Source of the DNA: Mobula hypostoma
Taxonomy: Eukaryota
Reading direction: 5' to 3'
DNA: 64,000 bases
Assembly: GCF_963921235.1 (NCBI RefSeq)
Contig: NC_086097.1
Span: 95,978,001-96,042,000 of the forward strand
The translations under genes and the position numbers were made by a program. Position 1 is the first letter of the stretch. Each line of letters begins with the position of its first letter. Under the pieces are notes generated by a model, which was not told the origin of the DNA, did no database searches, and worked only from the letters and a program-made list of their open reading frames with translations. Shown piece after piece: positions 51,601 to 60,600 of the stretch.

Positions 51601-54600
51601 AATTCCACCACCAGTAATGTATTCCCATTCCCTCTGCTTTCATCATTTCAAAAGGATCACTACTTCATAGTTAGCTCATTTATCCCCATCAACCATTTAC
51701 AGTATTGTGGTACTTTCCCAGGCAGCCAAAGAAGATGAAGCACCTGACATTTCACCTCTTCCCTTCCCATCATCAAGGGAGCCAAACAGTCTTTGCAGGT
51801 GAAATGGTGATTGACTAAGATTTATTTCAGTCTAATGTGTGACACTGGCAGTCACCATGTGGCCTCCTCTACAGTGGAGAAACCAAATGCGGAGTGGGTT
51901 ATTGCACCTGTGTTCAGTCTATAGGGGTGACTGGGCTTTTGGTTGCCTGCAATTTTAGTTCCCCACCTCACTCCCATCTTGACATGTATGGTGTTTTTCA
52001 CAGTTACAATGAGACCTAGTGCAACGTTGAGGAACAATATCTCATGTTCTGTCAGCGCACATTGTTGCCTTGTGAATTCTAAATAGAATTCTCCAGTTGT
52101 AGTGTTAGCATCAGAGCTACCTGTCTCAATTTTGACTTTTTTTAAACCATTGGTATAAACTGCTGGTCATGTCCCGTAGCCTTGCTGTTGGCAATGCATT
52201 ACACGGACAAAAAAGTTCAATGGGCTTCTGATGGTCATTTTAGAAGCAGAGAATGCTTCTAAAATTGAATTTGCTTTCTCTTTCCCATTCTTACGAAAGT
52301 TCCAGGGTCTGAAACATTAACTGTTGCTTTGTGCAAAGATGTTACCTGACCTGCTGAATATCTCCAGCACTTTCTGTCCTTAATTTAATGACACTGCCAA
52401 AAAGTTGATGCACTGTGACAGATGTTTGTGAATGTATCTCATTGTTAGTGAAATCCTTTTATTTTATCTTGTTCTGTGTTTATATTGCAAGCTCTCACCA
52501 GAATGTTTTGTCATGTTATCTCTCAACTATCACTATCATTTTTGCTAATAAATTCTTGTGAAGGTCCCTATGAAATGCCTTTTTGAAGTTTATATGAATG
52601 ATATCCATAGATATAGCATTCCATCATGTTAGTTATGCGAGCCAGATATTAATTTATATATTCACTGTTGGCAAACCTTCAAATAAAGCAGTGCTGCTAA
52701 TTAAATATATTAATAGAAAGGGACAACTGGCCTTGGTCTGTGTTTGCTTGTGAGCTATTATCCTTTTAATTCTTTGGATGGTAAATAATCAAATAGAAAT
52801 CCAGTCCAATTTAGCTATGTCTTTTCAAAGGCAATAGGCACCTGTAATATTTATATTGATGTTTCTGCATTAGTACTGACAATGGGTCTTCAACCAGAAA
52901 AACTGATGCTGTCTTTCAATGGATGCTACTTGACATGCTGGGTATTTCCAGCAATTTAGTCTGTCTGTATGACTTTTGTTTCATGGTGCAATTGGAAATA
53001 TCATGGTGAAAATCGATTGTCTTTTTAAATGTAGGAAATTTGGATCATCTAGGAGAGTGTAACATGGATGCCTTTGATAGTTATGAGGACCTGATGCAGC
53101 TAAAGCAAATTGTGAATAACAAAAACAAGGGTAAGAAATTTGATGTCATAACTGGCTGATGTGAAGGAAGCTTCCCAAAAATTCTCAAAATGGCAATGTT
53201 TGTATGGGTTGGTCTGACTTTTATGTTTCCAATGCTACTTTCCAACTATTTATGACATGGTTAAAACCACCCATTTTGTGTATAGCATGTTTAAATATAA
53301 GTGAAAGGTTTTAATATCATTGTATTTTTTAAAAAAACGTGTTGTTAATTTGACAAAGGTATTTAATTTTACCCTTCTCTGATTTGCCTTTTCTCCTCCT
53401 CCTGATTCTCCTCATTACCCCTCTTCTCCCCCCACCATCCCCCCACCCTTCCAGAACTGTAAAAGACAATCTACTGGGGATTGTAGCCTACAGCATCTAA
53501 AAGTGGTTCAGCACAAAATTGGGCAGGTGTAACCGGTTAGCAGAAAAAAGAAAATTAGAAGTGTTGTAAAACTGATTTTTTAAAGGCATGCATTTCCAAG
53601 ATGTAGAGGGAGCTATTTGCTGAATACCTGTCTCTTTATGATTGATTCTGATGTGTACCTCAATCAATTTTCTTCACAATATAACTTCAGAAAAGTTATG
53701 TGGGGAGAACTGTGTTTAAGTGTGTGCTGCAAAGATATTACTCTTTTTCACTTGTAAAGTTTTCTGAGCTGTTTTAGTTAGTTTGTACAGTTACTTATCG
53801 ATTGATTGAGATACAGTGTGGAATAAGCCCTCTGGCCCTTTGATCTGCACCATCCAGCAGCCCTCAATTTAACCCCAGCCTAATCATGGGACAATTTACA
53901 ATTACCAATTACTCTACTAACCAGTATTTCTTTGGATTTTGGGGGGAAACTGGAGCACCTGGAGAAAACCCACACATTCCACGGGGAAGATGTACAAACT
54001 CTTTTTTTTTTAAATTTTATTTTTGTTTGGATAAGGAATTCACAATTATCATGTACTTTTTTCACACATATAACCTTTTCCATTTTTTTATATGTATAAA
54101 ACTACAATTATTTATACATTCTTAAGTACACATTGAGATGATATAAAAGGAAAATAAACATTTAAATAGATAATTATGTACTGTGGTAAATCTAACCTAT
54201 TAGGCTAAGTAATGAAATTAGTTGTTAAGAAAAATGGTAATAATAGTTTCCATACAACCCTTCTGGACCATTTCCACTGGTCCAAGATGTTGCATACAAG
54301 CCTATATACCAACCATTGTAGGTGTTTATATCCCAATTTGTTCGTGCGTGTTCCTGCCCGCAGACATAATTATCCAATCCCTATGTACTTATTTACTTAA
54401 TTTTTTCATTTTTTTTTAATCCCTTTCCCAAATCTTTCCCTTTACTTGTGTTAATTCTCTATTTTCCAAAAAAAAACAACAAACATTTAGACTAGGGGTG
54501 CTTACGTTAGCAATATTACTGTGTTGATGAGAAGAGCAATATAAATCATTAGGAGAGTCATCTAAAGTCTGCTCGCATTGGGGTTATATATTCAATCCAT

Positions 54601-57600
54601 TTATTCCAGATTTGATAAAATGTTTCTTTTTGAGTTCTCAGGGAGTAAGTCAACTTTTCCATTTTAAATATTTCCAAGATAATTTCGTACCAATCTTCTA
54701 ATGTAGGTGGTATTGGATTTAGCCATTTTCTAGTGATCGATTTCTTACTTGCCGCTAAGAGGGCCTGCAGCAACTTTATATCTTCCTTCTGTTCAAGGAA
54801 CAATACATGCCCCAAATAGAGCGTCTCAGAGGTATCTGGGACCTAAGTACCTTAACTAATGTTCTATGAATACCTTCCCAAAATAGACTTAATTTAGGGC
54901 AATCCCAGAAAATATGAAAATGATTTGCCTCCTTGGAGCCGCACCTTCTCCAACACATCACATTTGTATCTTTATATTTTTCCTGATATGGGGTCTTGAA
55001 GTATCTTATAATGTTTTTCCAACAATGTTCTCTCCAAGTCAAAGAATTAGTCGAGGACCATTGAAAGCTGCAGATTTTCCCCCAAGCCTCCTCTGAAAGT
55101 ACCAACCCCGCTTCTTTCTCCCACTTCTCTTTAATATACAGTGTATTTACATTTTTAGCATGGGAGAGTGCATTATATAGGCGAGAAACTGATTTACTAG
55201 GTATTGAACTGCAAGCCGAATTCAGAATCTTGAAAAATTCTAATTCTACTGTTGATAGGTCTGTATATCTACAACTCTGGTTAACATAGTTTCGTATTTG
55301 AAGGTACCTAAAAAAGTCGTTGTCTTCTAGGCCATGTTTGTCCTGCAGGATTTGGAAACTTTGTAATACTCTTTTATCTATAAATGAGAGGTAGGTTGTA
55401 AGACCTTTCTTTATCCATAGCTCAAATCTTTTATCTCCTCTGTTGGGAAGGAATTCGGTATCATATGCACACCATCTAAAGAGTTTTAGCATGTTATTAA
55501 TTCCACATGAATTAACCACCTTCTGCCATACTTTTAATGTAAGATTTATCCAAGCATTATTAAATTTTTCCAACTGGGCCATCAATCCTTTGTCAGCTAT
55601 TGAGGCCTGAAGAGGAAAACTGTCAACTAATCCAAATTCTATTTCCTTCCATCTAGCCTTATACACCAATATAACAGAAGGGTTATCTGTGAGGCATAAA
55701 AATAGTTTCTCAGGCAAGGAAGAACCATACCTCCTCTTTCCTTCCCTAACTATAAGGTGTTATATCGAATTCTAGGTTTCCTTCCTTGCCAAATGAAGCG
55801 GGAAATCCATTTGTCCCATTCCCTGAATTGATTATCATCCACCTCCACTGGTAAAGTACGGAAAAGATATAATAACCGAGGAAGAATATTCATTTTTATA
55901 GTATTTATCCTTGAATTTAAACTTAAAAAGGGGATAAGATTCCATCTATGCATATCTGCTTTTATCTCTGAGATTAATGGCCCATAATTTACCTGTGACA
56001 GTGTTGAAAGATCCTTCGGCAGGGTTATTCCTAAATATTTTAATGATTTAGCTTCCCACTTAAGATCGTATGTATCCTGCAATTTTTTGGATGGTGTATA
56101 ATTTAGGGACATAACCTGCGTTTTCTTTACATTTATTTTATAACCTGATATTTTCCCAAAGTCATCCAACAGTGTAAACAATCCTATAAATGATTTTTCT
56201 GGTTCACTCAGATAGACCAAAACATCATCTGCGAATAACGCCACTTTCTGTTCAATCCCTGCCACCTTGATACCTTTTACGATTTCGCTCTGTCTTATTA
56301 GTTGGGCAAGTGGTTCAATATATAGCGCAAAAAGGAGAGGAGAAATTGGGCATCCCTGTCTAGTGCCTCTCTCTAAAATGAAGGAGTCAGAGAGGTCCCC
56401 ATTTATCTTAATTCGGGCTGTTGGGCTGTCATATAGAGTCTGAATTACTTTAATAAACCTTTCTTGAAAGCCGAATCTTCCTAACACTCTGTATAGGAAT
56501 GCCCAACTAACCGAATCGAAAGCTTTCTCAGCGTCCAATCCTACTACCATTGTCTCTGTCTCGTTCTTATTAACCTGTTCTAATATGTGCAGAGTTCTCC
56601 TTATGTTGTCCTGTGTTTGTCTTTGTTGAATAAATCCAGTCTGGTCTAAATGGATTAGGCCAGGTAAAAGCTTTTCCAATCTGCGCGCTAATATAGATGT
56701 AAATAGTTTGTAATCTAAATTAAGAACACTAATTGGCCGATAATTGCCACATTCTAGTTTATCTTTACCCTCTTTAGGAATAACTGAAATAATCGCTTCT
56801 CTCCAGGAAGGTGGAGTTTCTCCTCTCTGCAAGATCCAATTAAAGGTGTTAAGTAGTAATGGGGCTAACTGTGTCTTCAGGGACTTGTACCACTCTGAGG
56901 TAAACCCATCAGAACCCGGGGACTTTCCAGCCTTTAACCTAGAGATGGCCACGTTCAGTTCTTTGACAGTTACTGGTTCAAATAAACTTTCATTTTGTAA
57001 ATCTGTAAGTTTAGGTAGATCTAAAAAATTCAACACACTGTCTATATAGGGCTCATTGGGGGCCCGGGGTTGGGAGTACAGCTCTCGATAATACGTTTCA
57101 AAACTCTCTTGAATTTTCCCTATTGTACTCTCCACAAGCTTTGTCTTTGGATTCTTTATTTTATGAATTGTATTGTCTGCTTGTTGTTTTCGTAATTTAT
57201 ATGCTAATAATCTAGCTGATTTACCTCCTACTTCATAATTCTTTTGTCTCAGGTAAAGAAAATTTCTTTGAGTTTCCAACGTATAAATATCATCAATTTC
57301 ACTTTGCAATTTCCTAATTTCCTGTTTTCGATTTGAATTACTTTGCTTGCTATCTCCAACTTGAAGTTGTTTTAATTTTCCTTGACGGTCTGCTAATTTT
57401 TGTGCATTGATTTTTTTCATGTGAGTAGTAATGGAAATAATTTTCCCTCTCAGTACAGCTTTCAATGTATCCCATAAAATCACTGGTGATGTTTCTCCTG
57501 TGTCATTAAGGTCTAGATATTCTTTGATTTCTCCCCTTAATCTCTCCATTACTTTTGGGTTATTAAGTATATGTGAGTTTAGCCTCCATAGTGTTTTCCT

Positions 57601-60600
57601 CATTTTCCTTTCCAGGATTAGAGACATAGAGACTGGGCTATGATCCGACAGATCAATTGTTGCAATAGTACAGTTTTTTATCCTGAGTCTATCTGTATTA
57701 AAGATAAAGAAATAGTCTATCCTTGAATAGGCTGAATGAGGGAAAGAGTAATATGTATAATCTTTACTAGTAGGGTGTAATTCCCTCCAGACATCTATAA
57801 TTCCCAACTCCTCCATCAATGAATTCACTTTCCGAGTCAGAGGTTTATTCTGAGTAACTATTCTTGAAGAATCTAATATAGGATTTAATCTAATATTAAA
57901 ATCCCCTCCACAAATTACTACCCCTCGAGAACTGACCATTAGGTCAAAAATGTGTCTATAAAATGACCATTCACTACCTGGAGGAGCATAAACATTCAGC
58001 AATGTTATTTCTGTACCTTCTATTCTTCCTGTGATTTTTACAAACCGTCCTTCTTTGTCTCTAGTCTCTGAAATATGTTCATAATTAAGAGTACTTGATA
58101 TTAAAGTAGCTACCCTTCTTTTGTGACTCAATTTATATGATGAATAAAATACATGCTTAAAGCCCATTCTTTTTAATTTTCCATGTTCGGATTGACTCAT
58201 ATGTGTTTCCTGGAGGAAAGCTATTTGTGCCCTCTCTTTTTTCAATTTAGACATAATCTTATTTCTTTTAATTGGATTCAAAACCCCATTAACATTATAG
58301 GAAATTATTTTTACCAATTCAGTTTGCATTTTTCTCTAGTAGAAAAAAAGCACTCTCCTTTTCTAACCAAACAGTAAGCAATCCCTTCTCAACAGTAAAC
58401 CAAGACATATAACCACACCCTAGACATTTCTGAACGCATAACATTTGAAAATTTTCCCCGACTTCCCACAGTGAGGCCTGAGCACCGACCCGCCTCAGTT
58501 CAGAGGGATAACCTCTATCTTCACCCTGTGTTAGAGGGCCCTCAGCAGTTTGAATAATCATAGAGAATTTTCTCCTATTTATGTCTCGACCATATTGCTA
58601 TCATTCAAGTTATTCCGCTTAGTTTATTTTCAGTTACCAGTTTTCATTTTACTTTTAAGTCCGATTTACTCTTTTCAGTCATTTCTCTTAATTAATCTGT
58701 ATTCTCTGTACATTCGCGTCTGAATATTTGCAGCTTTTCCTTGTAGTTTGACACTCTGGTTCGAGTGGAGCGTCCTCGCCCCACTAACTGCCACGACTTC
58801 TGCCGAATCCTCTCCAGTAGTGACTCCGGTTGGGTGATAACTTTAATAGGTAGTCCCCGGTCCGCCAGCTCCGACGTTGCCTCCTCCACCGTAGCGTAAG
58901 TTTTTGTCCCTTCGTCGTAAAAGACTCTCAGCCGAGCTGGATACAGGGCCTGGAATCTGATGTTGTTTTCCTTCAGGACTCTCCGTGTTTCCGTATATTC
59001 CTTCCGTCTGGCAAGAATCCCCGGTGCGTAGTCGTGGTCTAAACTGATTTTGCAGTTGTTCCACATGAAACCTTTCTTTTGCCATGCTCTTTTAAGCACC
59101 TCTTCCTTCATTCTGTAACTGAGAAATCTGATCAGAATCGATCTGGGCTGGGCCCCTGCCGGGGGCTGTGGTGCCAACGCGCGGTGAGCCCTTTCTATCT
59201 GTAGGTCTTCTGCGGCCGGCATATCAAGGTTCTCTCTAAGCAGCTTCTCTATGAAGGGAATCATCAATCTGGGTTTACCTTCGGTTCCTTCGGGAACTCC
59301 GTAGATCCTCACATTTTCCCTTCTCGAGCGGCCGCCTTGATCTATTAGTTTCCACTGGAGTTGGTCTTGTAGCTTCAGCATTTCTGCTATCACTTCCTCG
59401 GCGTCTTGTAGTTTCTCTTCAATTCCAACAATCCTCGCTTCGGCTTCATCTATCTGCGAGTTAGTTTTTACTATTTCTCCTTTAATATCTTCCAGCTGTT
59501 TGCTGTTATCTTGTCGGAACTCGCGAATCTCTCCGAGAATCAAAGACAGAGTCACCGATTCCCCCTCATTATCTCCGTCCTGGCTTGCCGTGGGAGAGCT
59601 AGGCCCGTCGCCTTGCTGCGTCTCTTTACGTTTATCAGCCTTCGAAGCGGACTTTTTATTCTTGTTCTTGGACATCATCCTTGCCCCTTTTATTAATATA
59701 GTTATGCAATATTAAGTATTTGTCTAAATTCGATTTTGGGGCAGTTTACCTTCTTTTTTGTCGAGAGACCTTTTCCTTACGCCGCCATTCCCTTGATGAC
59801 CCGGAAGTCCTCGAAGATGTACAAACTCAACTGAACTCCAAGCTCCTACACTCTGACCTATAACAGCACTAACCGCTACGCTACCATATTGTGATTCTGT
59901 ATGCTTGAAGTTCACTTTTGATATTATACAGTTCATCTAGTTAAATTAATTTATTTGCTTTTGGTTATCTCTAGAACCATGTACAAATGTAAATGGCTTA
60001 GAAGAGTCTGTCAAAATGGTATCACCATAATCAGAATGAATGGAAATGTGCAATTTACCTCTGTTTTGCTACAGGATTTTCTGTTGATCAGCACTCCCAG
60101 TTTGAATTCTGGATATAGACTTCTGTTAACTGCTGAAGAAAACTGATATACTGGTCATAAATAATGCATAGCGCTTTGCTTTGTTGTTAATTTTGTCCTT
60201 TTTCTGCAGATTTGAAAAATCTTCAGGGAGAATGCTGTAAGATGGAAAGGTATCTATATTTTAATTGATAATTTGTACATTCTACAATGTATTTTGGCTT
60301 TCACAGATGATCATTTTGATTGCTTCACTTGCAAGTTTGTTTATATATTGACTTTTGTTTTGAATTGGTCATTAAAAAAAGATTTTTTAAATTATGCCAG
60401 GTGTAAATTGGGATATAGTTTGATACAACTAGAAGGAGGAGTTTATCTGTAACTCACTTTTAATGGATGGGAAATGTATATCAAAGGTGAATGAAAACTA
60501 GAAACTTTCACTGAACGCTGCAAGCTATCTTGCCAATTAGCAGTCATTACCAAGGCTGAAGGTGGGGGAAAAAAATTGAAGAGGGACTGGAAGCATTCAA

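Larger units (their letters stand above)
54002..59812 (-). mobile_element. Full-length L1-clade LINE (5811 bp), ORF1 intact, ORF2 disabled
   Basis: Perfect 16-bp TSD gaagatgtacaaactc (53986-54001 and 59813-59828), poly(A) tail, ORF1 and APE-RT-CCHC ORF2. Confidence 0.96.
53790..59890 (-). mobile_element. SINE split by the L1 insertion (halves 53790-54001 and 59813-59890)
   Basis: Both halves resemble the SINE at 38670-38940 and join at the L1 TSD. Confidence 0.7.
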
